A DNA stretch of 64,000 nucleotides from Chrysomallon squamiferum (Eukaryota; Animalia; Mollusca), in assembly GCA_012295275.1 (NCBI GenBank), contig CM022669.1, positions 18,538,001-18,602,000 of the forward strand. Direction: 5' to 3'. A model generated the notes under the pieces. It was not told the DNA's origin and did no database searches. It saw only the letters and a program-made list of their open reading frames with translations. Shown here one piece after another: positions 37,451 to 50,044 of this stretch. Both the position numbers and the translations under genes were made by a program. Position 1 is the stretch's first letter; every line of letters starts with the position of its first letter.

Positions 37451-38458
37451 CTCATAAAGTTCCAAGAGAATAATAATTGTTCTCAAGTTCTCAGAATAAC
37501 AGTAAAGTCGACACATTATCTAGCAGGGATGGATCCCACATCCCATTGTTCTTCACATCTGTGCTTGGAGTACCAACCACAGCCACTTCCTGTTCTCAAG
37601 AATGAGGTTAAGGAGAAAGCCAAGTGGTTAAAGATTTTCAAAGAAAAGGTTTCAGTGGGTGCTCAAAATTGGTTTCCAATACAGCAAGAGTTAGTCAATA
37701 AAAAAAGAAAATCGGCCGAAGTCGACTTAGTTTGATACAAGTCAATACCCTGTAACCTTTACTAGCCAGGTGACTATTGTTGACGATTAATTTGCCATTC
37801 AGCACCTTTATTTATACCTGACACTGATGCAAAAGCTCTGGAAATTCTTACAGTTTTCAATCCATATAAGAATTAGATTGAATTCTTAAGACAGTTATAT
37901 CTTTGAGGTTGTTAATGTTATGATTTCATATTTAGATGTCATGAATGTGACTAGAAATTCATACATCTTTTAGACTATAATGAGGATTACATTTTATTGT
38001 TTTGTATAGTAGTACATTTTTAATTATAAATAAAATGAAATGAAATAAAATGAAAAAAAAAAATGAAAAATAAAAAAAAATAAATAAATAAAATAAAAAA
38101 AAAAAAAATAAAATAAAATAAAATAAAATAAAAAAAAATAAATTTTGGCTTATTAAGTTTCACAATAAAACTTTTGCATGTCACTGATAAAACATTCTAG
38201 ACTATATACAACATTAATCCATTTAAGAAATATTAGTTTATTAAGATTGTTGACTTTGTGCAGATTTTATCTTTGCAACTTACATTTATTTACTGTATAT
38301 TTCTTTTTTTTACTGTCTTCCAATCCATTAAAGGATATAGTAGAGGAGGGTGACACATTTTGAAATGAATACTCCAAATATTGCTGGCACAAGTGACATA
38401 CAGTAAAGATTTTTTAAATCCCATTCATAAAAAAATCAAAGTTAAAGATATATATATA

Positions 38459-38558
<100 letters not shown>

Positions 38559-38671
38559 ATAATTAAAAGCATTACCTTAATTTAATATTTTACATTTTCA
38601 TAATAATAAATGCAAAACTTACTAAATGTTTTTTCCTCTAAAAGACTAATACTCTAAAAATATCTCTTATA

Positions 38672-38713
<42 letters not shown>

Positions 38714-40316
38714 CAACAAAAAATAATAGCAAAAACAACCACATTAACCCAGATACTTATTTTGAACCAACCTTAAGAGATAATTTGCCAAGCATTACAG
38801 TCCTGCCATAGTAAAATTAATGTAATAATACACATTCACACTTTGAGCAGAATGGAAGCTTGATTGTGCTTCACACTTTGAAGTATAAAAAAAAAAACAC
38901 ACAACATATACGCACACGAAAAAGAAACAAAAACAGCACAAACACAGTGCCACTCTGTTTTGTATTAACTTTAATGAAACAAATACCTCTAGTCCAAAAC
39001 CATTAAAAACTCAGTCACATAAAACAGTTAAACAAGATAAAATTGCTTTTTTTCACACACACACAATAGCTTCAAATAGATCATAAGCCAATGTGCTTAC
39101 TGTCTGGCCAAAACACTAGATTTACAACCATATCCAATAACTTTTAATAAAAACTCTATATAAAAAAGAAACAGTGACCATAAAACTATTACCTTTCAAG
39201 AATATTAATACATTATAACTGATCACTGCTTTACAAGCTGCTTGCACAAAGCAGCAACTTTCATATCTTTTCTTTGTTTATTAGTTTTCGTTTTTCATTT
39301 TTGTAGTTAATGTTTGCTGGGCATTCAGTCCAGGAGAATTACATGTTAAAGATGACTAAAGTATGGAATCACTGACATTATTATTGAAACTCACTCACTC
39401 ACTCACTCACTCACACACACACACACACTCTCTCTCTCTCTGTGTGTGTTTGTCTGTCTGTCAGTCTGTCTCTGTCTCTCTTTCTTATCAGTAGTATATA
39501 AACTATAAAGAAAATACATGTATAAAAGGGATTAGATTTAAGCAACTCTTCAAATACTAAATAGGATTAAATGCCAGTAATGCAGATGGAAAAAAATAAA
39601 ACAAATACAGACACAGACATAATTACACAAGAACAAACATGCATGTATGTGTGAATGCACAACCGCTATAAATTAGATATTTAATAAATAAATTTAGTAG
39701 AAATTTTTTTTTATTTAAAATTAACCTGCACCTTATTTTAATACTTAAATATCATACACTTAAGTATGCACAGATTTATATTTGTGTATGCATCTTTGTG
39801 TTAATTTGTGACTGTGAGATTTTCTGTGTCTGTTTGCATGTTAATATAAAAGTCCATGGTTTTAAGATAAAATCGTTTAATATTACTAAAGGTTGGTGAT
39901 ATTATAACCTTTGATATGTACTTCATATTGGTACACGATACATATTATATATAGTTCATATGAATACTTCAATACTGATAAGCACTCGCAGATAGACAGA
40001 TTTATGTCACATCAGATCACCATGTCAAAAAATATGAAACAGGTGCAGACCAAGTGGCTTCAGTTGAATGAAAAATCAATCAACCGTGACCAAGTGCACG
40101 TCAGTGGACCAAATAATAGCAGCTGAACTATGACCCCAAAATGTTTTGTCTTTTTAAAAAATCATAATACATATTGTGTGCAGATATTAAAGGTAACTGA
40201 TTTATCAAGCACAGACGCCAGGTGTACAAAATAACTAAGCAAAAATGTGCTGATTTTATGTGAACAATTTTGTACTGTTATCAGATAGAATTTTTGTTGT
40301 TGTTGTTGTTGTTGTT

Positions 40317-40352
<36 letters not shown>

Positions 40353-40612
40353 CTTTACTATTATTTTATTATGAAAAAATATGTACTAGTATATGAAACA
40401 CTTCTGAAAATAACCACAGACCTTAATATCATCACATGTAACATAACATGAAGTTATAATCTATTTATTTTATAACAGACATAAATTATGTGGATCATTT
40501 TTCACTACAATTAATGTATTTTTAATTAGTATGTGTACTGATAAGTAGAGAAAAGAAAATATACATAAATTCACACATTTTATAGACATGCTTACACACA
40601 TATGAACATGAA

Positions 40613-40693
<81 letters not shown>

Positions 40694-41628
40694 AGAAAGT
40701 TTTAATAAATTTCTGTAGTAGAACAAATCACTCTTGTAAAATTTTCAAAAAGCAATAACACTAAAGAAAGCTGTTTGTCACTTACTGAAGGAAAGATCAA
40801 TCCTTATCACAAGTCTGTTTTCAGCCCTCATCAATGACATAATATTTATATCAAGTGGCATAATTGTGTTTTCCTCTTTATATAGAAGAATCCTTATGAC
40901 TCACAAAATAAATGTCTTGAAGTATCAGCAAACAAATATTCATTCATTTAATAAATGATTTATTTAGTTTGAAAAAAAAAAAAAGGAGATAATAATCAGT
41001 ATTTTCTAAAAAAAATATTTTCCTTTACCTTTTTGATTTTTTCACTTCTTTTTTTTTTTTTTAAATTCTTTCAATATCTTTGAAATATATTTATAAGAAA
41101 ACCAAACACATCTAAAATTACAAAAATAACCCCACAATCACAAAGAACTCAATCACTGAAATTTTACCCATTATTCATCCAAAAACGACTTCTACAAAAA
41201 CACAACTCGACACACACACACACACACACACAGATCTAGATTTCACGATTTCTTTCTCTTTAAGATATCCATAAAATAAACACAACTTGGTACTCGTGTC
41301 TCTGGTACTAAACACTGGATTGGGTTTCAGCAAAACACACATTTGATTTTGTTTGTCTGTTTGAAGACTCACCCTGTGACCAAAGACAAGTAATAATACT
41401 GTTAAAAGGACTAAGTTAGTTATACTCTGAGGAACACAGCTCTTGTTCCGTGACACACAGATAGTTATTCTACGTCTGTCCAGCAGAAAAAAAACTGGGT
41501 GTAACACAATAGCCATGTTCCACCAGTAAACTGTTGTTCATTTAGCTCCATGTCTTTGTGTTAAACTGACTCCAGTGACCAGAGTTAAAGACAGGTGTAA
41601 CCAGGTATTTACCTCGTCTTACCTGACA

Positions 41629-41915
41629 GGTACTAAATACCTGTGTTAGTTTACCTGACCTGTCTTATGAATATTTAAACTTTTTTTTTTTTTTTTTTAA
41701 ATAAACATTTGGAGAAAAAAAAATAAAATAAAAATAAAACAGTTAAATAAAATTTAAAAAATATTGGATGAAAGGTATTAAATACCTGTATTAGTTACTT
41801 GACTTGCTTTATGAATATTTAAACATTTAAATTTTTTTGTTTTTATAATAAACATTTTGAAATCAATATAGTAAAAAAATAGAAACATTAAATAAAATAA
41901 ACATAAATATTGGAT
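41629..41915. repeat. Diverged tandem duplication of about 140 bp
   Basis: ggtactaaatacctgtgttagtt..ttatgaatatttaaac..ataaacattt..atattggat repeated at about 41629 and 41773. Confidence 0.7.
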
Positions 41916-42776
41916 CTTTATCATTATAATTTTTCTATATTACTTTAAGAATTTAATCTATTAATTGAAAACAATCTTCTCTATTAAATATATACTTTTA
42001 GGAAAACAGTTCATTGACAAACAGACTGTAGGGTTTGGGTTAGTACGGGAAAACAGTACATGTAGGTATAGTCAGATACATATTCACTCATTTATGTAAA
42101 ACATATTAAACCAAATAATGACTGCAGTGCAGAAGAGGGCATGGAGTGAATATTTTTCTTTCTATTTGTGAATTCAGAAATTGCTTCAGTTTCAAAAGAG
42201 TCTTCTAATAATTTCTGATATTAGCATTTTCTCATGATTATATACACATATGTGTGTTGTTGTCTATTTGTGTGTATGTATTTATATTATTATTATTACA
42301 TTATTTCCACCCTGTTATTATTATTTAAATACAAATTTTCCTTCTCCAGCCTTAAAAATGAACATGCTATGAGTTAACAAATAAAGCAATTACAAATTAA
42401 TGAGTCTTTATTACAGACACTATTTCAGTCTGACAACAGTATAATACAGAGAATTAATAAATGTTTAACAGACACCCCAAAACCAACAACAGCCTTATCA
42501 TGTAAATAGTTTTAAAAAATAACAATAAGAAAAAAAGAATGTAATTGTTGATCCAACCAAGCATGACTTGTTAACAAAACACATGTAAGTTTCAGGTACA
42601 AAAGCAACTCCAGGTAACATATATACATGCGAATTGGAATTTGTCTGACACATGGAATATATACAACATGACTACCACACCTTTTTTGCTAGTAGTTTAT
42701 GTATGTGAATGATCAGTTTTGTGTGATTATGTTTATATGTGTTTATAAGGAGAGACAGAAAGAAACTTGGAGTGAG

Positions 42777-42814
<38 letters not shown>

Positions 42815-43029
42815 ATACAACCAAATGAATGATAGACAGACAAACAAATTAATATCTGTATAATAACAACTCTAAAAGTAATGTGATCACAAAGATTAGT
42901 TACAGAACTATAATTAAACTAAAAAAGACAGACAAATTGTAATATAAAAAACAAAACAGAAAAGGAGTATGGAAAAAGAAAAAAGTAGGATGAAAATAAT
43001 ATGATGGATAGACAGAGAATGAGATATAG

Positions 43030-43062
<33 letters not shown>

Positions 43063-43563
43063 TATACAGATTGAAAGTACTAGAAAAATTAAAAAGATAT
43101 GTGAATGGTTGTTACAACTGCAAAAAAATATATCGTGTAATTAACTTTATCATTATTATAAAACAACAAAACAAAATGAACACACAGACACACTCTACAC
43201 TAATTCTGTTATCATCATTAATTTGATACTAAACTCTGACAATCGGTGTAACATGATATAACACAATCAGGTGTTTCATAATTCATCAAGTAACAGAAAG
43301 TGAATGATAAGCTCCAGTATAAATTAAAACATCTGTCCATTAATTAACCAGCCATTGTTTATTGGTGAGAAGTTGACAGGTTTTGCCAGATATGGCAGTT
43401 GTGTTGTTTAATTATACATGATCTCACTGTAATAAACACAACTTAGTAAAGATTTCTTTCCTTTGTGATATTATTATTATTATTATTCATATAGTGTCTC
43501 TGTGAGTAAGTATGGTTATTTCTGTGTATGTTGTATGTGTTATAGTTCTGTGTATGGTGTTTG

Positions 43564-43598
<35 letters not shown>

Positions 43599-43827
43599 TG
43601 TATATTGAGTATGTGTGTTTCTGTTTCAACTATATATAGAATACAGATTTAGCTGATATATAGAAAGACACAGATGAATATACATGCATGCATAACATAC
43701 TTAGTAGTTATCAGACACACAAACTATACTCAGATGAATATCTATGTAACACACATAGTTGTTTGTTTAATAAACCAGAAAAAAAAAAAACAAGCAGAAG
43801 AAAGGAAAATCCTAATTATCCCTTTAC

Positions 43828-43882
<55 letters not shown>

Positions 43883-45085
43883 CACAGAAACCTACAAGTT
43901 GACAAACACACACACTGAATGACAACAACATATACACAACCAGCTAAAATTCTGTCACTCATAATGAACATTAAAAAAAAACCATCAACTGACAAGTGAA
44001 TGCAAATCTCACCTGTACCTGAATGCCTCACATCCAAACTTCCACGCAGGTATCAAGCAAGGTAAATTACATGTGTCGCCATAGCATGCTCTCTGTCTAC
44101 AAACAAACACAAATTGCCGATAAGCACCATCAATTCAGCCGGTTAATGCAGAAAGTGGCATACTAACACACATAAAGTAGCCGTTATTTACACTGACAGC
44201 CATTACTCAGAGTAGTCAAGTACCCACAGCATGTCCTAACCTTTCCACTCTCGACTGCACCCACCACAACAAATGGATTAATGATTATATCCTTTAAGCC
44301 AGAGAATGGGGTATCAGTCATGTCTTCCCAGTGTTTAATTTTTTTTTAAATTTTTATCCAAAAGATTTGTTAACAGTTTTATCACCTGCTTATTATGGTT
44401 ATATACTAGCGATAAGAAAAAAACTATTATTACTACTACAAATGTTGTGATAAAACGTTTTTTTTTTTTTTTTTTTATATTTATTATTATTATTATTGGT
44501 TGTTTTTGTTGTGGTATGAAAAATTTAATGATGAATAAAATAGAACAAAAATAATAGTACAAAAAGCAGGTCTTATTGTCATATTCTGCATGAAAAAAAA
44601 AAAGAGGCTTTTTTACAATTCTTTTGGGAAAAAAAAAAAAGAAAAAAGGGGGAAATAAAAATTTCTGTTAACAGACAATATAAAAATAATTTAAGTACAA
44701 TAAGAAAATTCATCTACTCCTTTCTGTCAGAAAAGTGATTTATTTACTACTCAGGAGGTAAAATTAAAATAACAAATAAACAAAGGAAATTTTTCTTTTT
44801 AGTTACTTACACAATTAAAAAAAAAGAATAAAGGTTGTTTTGGTTACTGCCGATTATTGATTTTTTGTTTTGTTGGTTTTCTTGCTGTTTTTTTTGTTTG
44901 TTAGTTTATTTGTTTTTGTTTTTGTTTCTTGAATAAAATAAAAAATAAAAACAACAACAATATACTACTTACTGTAATAATGCATAAGTGTCTGGATTAA
45001 AATATTAATAATAATAACAGTAGTAGTAGTAATAATAATAATAATAATAATAATAATAGTAATAGTAATAGTAATAGTAATAGTA

Positions 45086-45157
<72 letters not shown>

Positions 45158-46242
45158 ATCAAATAAATAAACAAATAAATAAAGAAATAAACAAACAAAG
45201 ATATAAAGAAATAAAAAATTAAATTAACTTATATTTTAAGACCAAAGCAGGCAAAGGACTGGCATTGAGAAACAATCTAAAAATGTCTCCAAATAACAAC
45301 TAACAAAAATTTTCTGAGACAGAAAATGCATTCTAATAATAGTAAATTAAGTTAAATCTCGTTTCTGTAATAAGCAACTTTTGTATACAGAAAGGTATAC
45401 ATCAATTTCCTTTATTTTTTTATTATTTTTTATTTGATTTTAAAATGTGCACATTTTTTTTAATTTACAGATATTGTTTTTACACAAAGAACTTTAATTA
45501 CATGTAAATGTTTTTGTTAATGCATATATTTTAGTTTTTAATTTTATTTAAAAAAATTTATTTCATATTTTGGGTTTTTTCTAAATATGATGCATTATGA
45601 TAAAAGTTAAAAAAAAAAGACTCAGTCTGATATTAATTTTACCATTACCATCCTACAAGTGTGTTGTGAAAGAAAGTTAACTGCTGCCTCGTGCTTTTAA
45701 AGCTATTTCACATTATAGATCCCATACAAAAAGAAATGCGGCCATCTCATGAATAATAACCTATCACCAATATCTGTTGCAGTGTATTATTAAATCAGAG
45801 AATTTTCACTTTTGAAATTTTTAATGTGTGTATATTGTGTGTGTTTATGTGTGTGCACATGCATATATTGAAGTACAAATGAATGTTTGGAATAATATTA
45901 TATAAAAATTACCTGAAATGTCAATCAATTAAATTAGTTATTAGTATATAAAGTTAATTATATTGACTAGCTGTGGAAGTCAGTGCTAAAACAAAATGAT
46001 ATAAATTTTGTTTTTACTATTGATAGCTGTATGCATTGCTTGTTTCATGCTAAATTCATACTGATGATGTAGCAAAAGTCAGTCAGTTGAATTTGTAAAA
46101 AAAAAAATAAATAAATAATAATAATAATAAAGTAAAGTAAAATATTAAATGAACTTAAATGGTATAACCATTATATATTTCTGGAAAAAACCCACTAAAA
46201 AAATATTGATTAGATTTTAATTATTTACTATATATATATATA

Positions 46243-46257
46243 TATATTTTAATTATT

Positions 46258-46291
<34 letters not shown>

Positions 46292-46306
46292 AATAATTAA
46301 AATATA
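46243..46306. repeat. Perfect 64-bp palindrome with (TA)14 centre, preceded by a direct copy of one arm
   Basis: TATATTTTAATTATTTAC-(TA)14-GTAAATAATTAAAATATA; extra ATTTTAATTATTTACTA at 46214-46230. Confidence 0.9.
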
Positions 46307-46599
46307 CATATATATATATAAACCACACACATACACAATTTACAAATAAATATCACGGTACATGTGTTCTAGATATAAATGGGCAGGTATATGGTATACA
46401 TGACTAGTTATTTGATGATATTAGAACCAGCATGTTTATCGCACCAATCTTCCAATGCTTTAAAAAATAATAAATAAAATATCACGGCATTGGATTTACG
46501 TGCATTAAACAAATGTGTAGTTGTACTTTATTTACTAAATAGCATCAGTAATATAAATATTCAGTATTTTTATAATTTAAAAGATAATTAGAAGATTAC

Positions 46600-47210
46600 A
46601 CAAATGAATTACGTCAATTCAAAAAATGGTGCCACGTGCACTTCCGAAATGGTTACTAATGTAATGTCAAAGTTTAATTACTTTCCACATTAATAGGGCA
46701 AAATAATTAAAGCAGTTTTTATGCATTTTTATTTATTATTGAATAATCGAATGCCGTTTAAGAAGTTTGTCAATTGACTTACCAGCTTAATGAAAAATGA
46801 AATGAGCGAACTTTCCAAGTTTCTTAGAGTTATCTACCTTCTATTCGTTTAGTTAAAGGAAGGTTTCACACCAGTTTTTTTATTTATTTTTATACATTTA
46901 AATTTTATTAATTCAGGTATGTACGTACGAGACATTATCTTTAAAATCTGAAGCGATTTGTGTAAAGGATGAAAACTTTAAAGTGCATTTGTTATAGTAC
47001 GAACATTTCCACACACCCACCCATTTTGAAAGTAATTTTGGAGAGATCCTCATCGTTCATGAAAGTATAACGTCTTTAGAAAAAGACAAGCACGCAATTT
47101 TACCCTTTCATAATTGCCATCGCTTATGCAGGCGTCCGTCTGCTACATTTTATTCGAGAAGTTATTTCGTCGATATTACGTAATTGTAAACATACTTCCG
47201 ACTACCGATC
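46600..47210 (-). promoter_or_regulatory. Probable promoter / 5' non-coding exon region of the RCC1-repeat gene
   Basis: CpG-depleted DNA ends here; ETS-type CGGAAGT (minus) at 46640-46646 and 47194-47200, E-box CACGTG 46633-46638, strong minus-strand donor CTG|GTAAGT at 46782-46777; an upstream exon is required by the acceptor at 34816. Confidence 0.45.
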
Positions 47211-47638
47211 TATTTTGTACTTTGTTATTTAATCGATTTTATAAATCAATTTTATGACTATTAATAATCCAAGTGCTAAATGAACGTTTGAATCAGCATT
47301 TGGCTTTTTCTCAATTTTTTTTTACATTAGTAGCAATTTGCCCACGATTGGTGTAAACGATAATGGTGGAAACATTCTGGACTGGCGAACTGATCGTTTA
47401 TAAAAAAAAAAAAAAAAAAATTCTAACAATTTCTCCATGTTACAATTCTTGACAAGTTTAATCATATCTGCAAATTAACCGTTCGCATTTTCCAATATTC
47501 GGTAGAGACGGAAGGAAAGTGTATAAATTTCATATGGAACCGTTTAAGGTATTTTATCTACGTATTTGGATTGACATGTCTCAAATATTTAAAGTCGGCC
47601 TTTAAAAAAAATTAACAAACTTTGATGAATTTTATATT

Positions 47639-47644
47639 TTTATT
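47639..47644 (-). terminator. Candidate polyadenylation signal AATAAA of peptide/EF-hand gene
   Basis: First AATAAA on minus strand after the stop codon; chance occurrence is possible in AT-rich DNA. Confidence 0.5.
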
Positions 47645-47692
47645 ACTCCATCACAAAAGACATTAAAGTCAGTTTCATGTGACGTCATTGAC

Positions 47693-47733
47693 TCAAGCGC
47701 TGTCGGCTCCATCTTCGTCAACTGCTTCTACAA
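47693..47733 (-). CDS. Peptide/EF-hand gene, last coding exon (acidic tail (L)VEAVDEDGADSA*)
   Basis: tttttcaattgtcag| acceptor, phase match, TGA, AATAAA about 50 nt downstream. Confidence 0.8.
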
Positions 47734-49071
47734 CTGACAATTGAAAAAATTTATTAGAAGTTTTTCGTGGACATTCTGGATGTGTATTAATTTTGTTACA
47801 GAACACAAATTGTAAACTTCATAGAATTGAGACTTACTAAAATATCGAGTTACTCACGTTCATTTTTATCTACGAAGTTGAAATCGTCTAATTCAGCTAT
47901 GCTCAATTTGCCATCACCTGAATAAATAAAAGTCGACTTAAAATACATCGATATTTAGAAATCGAAATGTTTCAGTTATATTTTATACAAGTTTATTATA
48001 GTCCTCGTACATTTAGCTATGAAATGTGAATTTTCATTTAAAATTTTTATCGCGTCACGTTTGGTACTATTTGTGACGAAATGCCTTAATTCTTTTAATT
48101 AAAAAAATTAAAGGGATAAAACAATTGCACATTTTGACAATTTACCATTTGCATCAGCTGTGTGGAATTTTGTCAGCTGAACCATGTTCGTTGGTTTCAA
48201 ACCCGATGCTACGGAGATTTCATGAAGATTAACGAAACCATCTCCGTTTATATCCAGTTCATGAAAAGCTGCGATATCATCGGCATCCTGAAATTATGAA
48301 TTTATATATTTGGAATAAGTGAACCAACATGCATCTGGTGGAATGAAAAGTAAACGTCTCTGGATAACTTGGGAGAATTTTTTTTATATACAAGTCGATT
48401 AATAAAAAAAAAGAAGCTTTTCTATAGTATTTGACGCGTTTGGTTGTCGACTACGAGTGAAGGTCGGTGGCAATTATAAACGATAAAATGTTCTTTGTGT
48501 CATACAGCTTACTTTATCACCACCTGGCTCTTCGACACATTGGAAGATTAGAAACCCGGCGATTCCATAGTGCGAGCACCGATCAGTCATTGTCCAGTCA
48601 TAATTGGTTGGAGCATTCGTAATTGTGTAGTCTGTGGCCCCAGCATTATACTTTGGGCACCCGAGATTTCCGTTACGGCTACCTTACCCTTAGAAGCTAG
48701 GCAAATATGAACTAATCGGCTAGTCCCGATTAGTGTCACTGCGTCTGCCGACAGTTCTTTGGCTCAGCGAGGCAAACAAAGCCTGTTCACCACGTCAAGG
48801 AATGGACAGCGAACGGCGAGGTTAAAAAAAAAAATTACAGAATTTTTATAATGTTAAATACCTCTGCTGGCGAACCACGGATATCCAGTCCTCGCTTCCT
48901 CTTGCACACCTTGCATGCCCAGCTCCTGGCCCACTTACAGGCCGCCATACAACCAAGTGTGTGATACGGACTGACGCGAATTCTGCGCACGGACCGGAAG
49001 AACCAGCCATCCACATTTTCAGGAATCAAGGTCAAGGCCAGCAAGAGTACCAAGAAATACGTGGTCTTCAT
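47693..49071 (-). CDS. Secreted 150-aa precursor: signal peptide + cationic 4-Cys peptide + KRKR + acidic two-EF-hand domain (putative antimicrobial/defence peptide precursor); join 49071-48862, 48287-48146, 47917-47858, 47733-47693
   Basis: Four exons with canonical splice sites, phases 0,1,1, ending TGA at 47695-47693. Translation: MKTTYFLVLLLALTLIPENVDG-WFFRSVRRIRVSPYHTLGCMAACKWARSWACKVC-KRKR-GLDIRGSPAEDADDIAAFHELDINGDGFVNLHEISVASGLKPTNMVQLTKFHTADANGDGKLSIAELDDFNFVDKNELVEAVDEDGADSA*. Two canonical 12-residue EF loops (DINGDGFVNLHE, DANGDGKLSIAE). Gene structure is seen; antimicrobial function is inferred. Confidence 0.92.
47858..47917 (-). CDS. Peptide/EF-hand gene, exon completing EF-hand 2
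   Basis: tttattcag| acceptor; C|GTGAGT donor; GDGKLSIAELDDF. Confidence 0.9.
48146..48287 (-). CDS. Peptide/EF-hand gene, exon with EF-hand 1 and start of EF-hand 2
   Basis: atttcag| acceptor; G|GTAAAT donor; FHELDINGDGFVNLHE. Confidence 0.92.
48427..48834 (+). mobile_element. Putative non-LTR retroelement 3' fragment (LINE tail or SINE), antisense in an intron of the peptide/EF-hand gene
   Basis: About 400-bp GC/CpG-richer non-coding block ending in A11 (48824-48834), with stem-loops (ACTAATCGG-ctagtc-CCGATTAGT at 48711-48734). Family not recognised; 5' boundary approximate; no clear TSD. Confidence 0.45.
48862..49071 (-). CDS. Peptide/EF-hand gene, first coding exon (signal peptide, cationic Cys peptide, KRKR)
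   Basis: ttatgcag|cATG acceptor; GAG|GTATTT donor; exactly 70 codons. Confidence 0.92.
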
Positions 49072-49275
49072 GCTGCATAATTGAATTAATTTAAAATTAA
49101 ATTACTTCTACTGCAGATATTACTGAATATGAATAAATAAGTTACATCCCAGGTGTTTGTACGGTACAAAACTTTATGTTAAACATTTACAAATTATTCC
49201 CATTAAACTACCTTAGTTTATACTTTCCAAATAACAGCGGAAATTATAAATGTAAAAATACTGACAGATGCTTAC

Positions 49276-49339
49276 TTCGAAAAAGTTACCGTAGTCCAAG
49301 ATCGAGATGACTCCGCTAAGCGCTGGAATACAATGAAGT
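49276..49339 (-). other. Non-coding first exon (5' UTR) of peptide/EF-hand gene
   Basis: Follows TATA/Inr; two candidate donors ACG|GTAACT (exon end 49290) and GAA|GTAAGC (exon end 49276); required by the acceptor 1 nt before the ATG. Confidence 0.6.
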
Positions 49340-49370
49340 GATTGGGTTGTGTCACTTCACCAATTTATAG
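49335..49370 (-). promoter_or_regulatory. TATA box + initiator core promoter of peptide/EF-hand gene
   Basis: cTATAAAt at 49369-49364 and YYANWYY initiator TCACTTC with its A at 49339, 30 nt downstream of the TATA T. Confidence 0.75.
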
Positions 49371-49943
49371 GTCTAAACCAGTCACCTGACCATTCATGAA
49401 AAACGTTTTGCACGATCTCTCAAGGAAAATGCATTTTGCACGTTGAAAATAGTACTCTCTTTGAAACAGCTGTAAAAAGTTTTTTTTTTTTTTTTTTTTT
49501 TTTTTCACCAGCAAAAACAATCTATGATGACTGTGTTGAGAGGTTCTTGCTGAGTTAAAAAAATTATAACAAACAAACAATCAAACAAACAAACAAATAA
49601 ATAAATAAATAAATAAATAAAGAATGCATGTCAGAATGAAAATTATAAAAGTTTGCAATGATTTAGTCTGTGATTTCTTTTATTTACGAAATGAAAAAGC
49701 CACAAAAGCGAAATGTACATTAGTACGAAATTACCCATCTATATATCTATGTATCTAACTAAATGTAAAAACTACAGTCATGTTGAACTATATAAAAATA
49801 TTTAGTATTTTTTTAACATACCACGAAAAGTACATTTTATCACGAAATAAATAAAACACTATTTTGAATCGTACAACTGTTTACGCCTTTTTTTTTTTAC
49901 ATATCACTCTAAAAACACAGCTAACAAGAAACAATATAATAAA

Positions 49944-49984
<41 letters not shown>

Positions 49985-50011
49985 GAAGAAGAAGAAGAAG
50001 AAGAAGAAAGT

Positions 50012-50044
<33 letters not shown>

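Noticed and set aside
37529-37735. 68-aa ORF with PLPVLKNEVKEK, faintly like the RTE-LINE linker (PILxxEV)
   Set aside because: Similarity limited to about 12 residues with no following GKxPGxD motif; BLASTx against Repbase would be needed.
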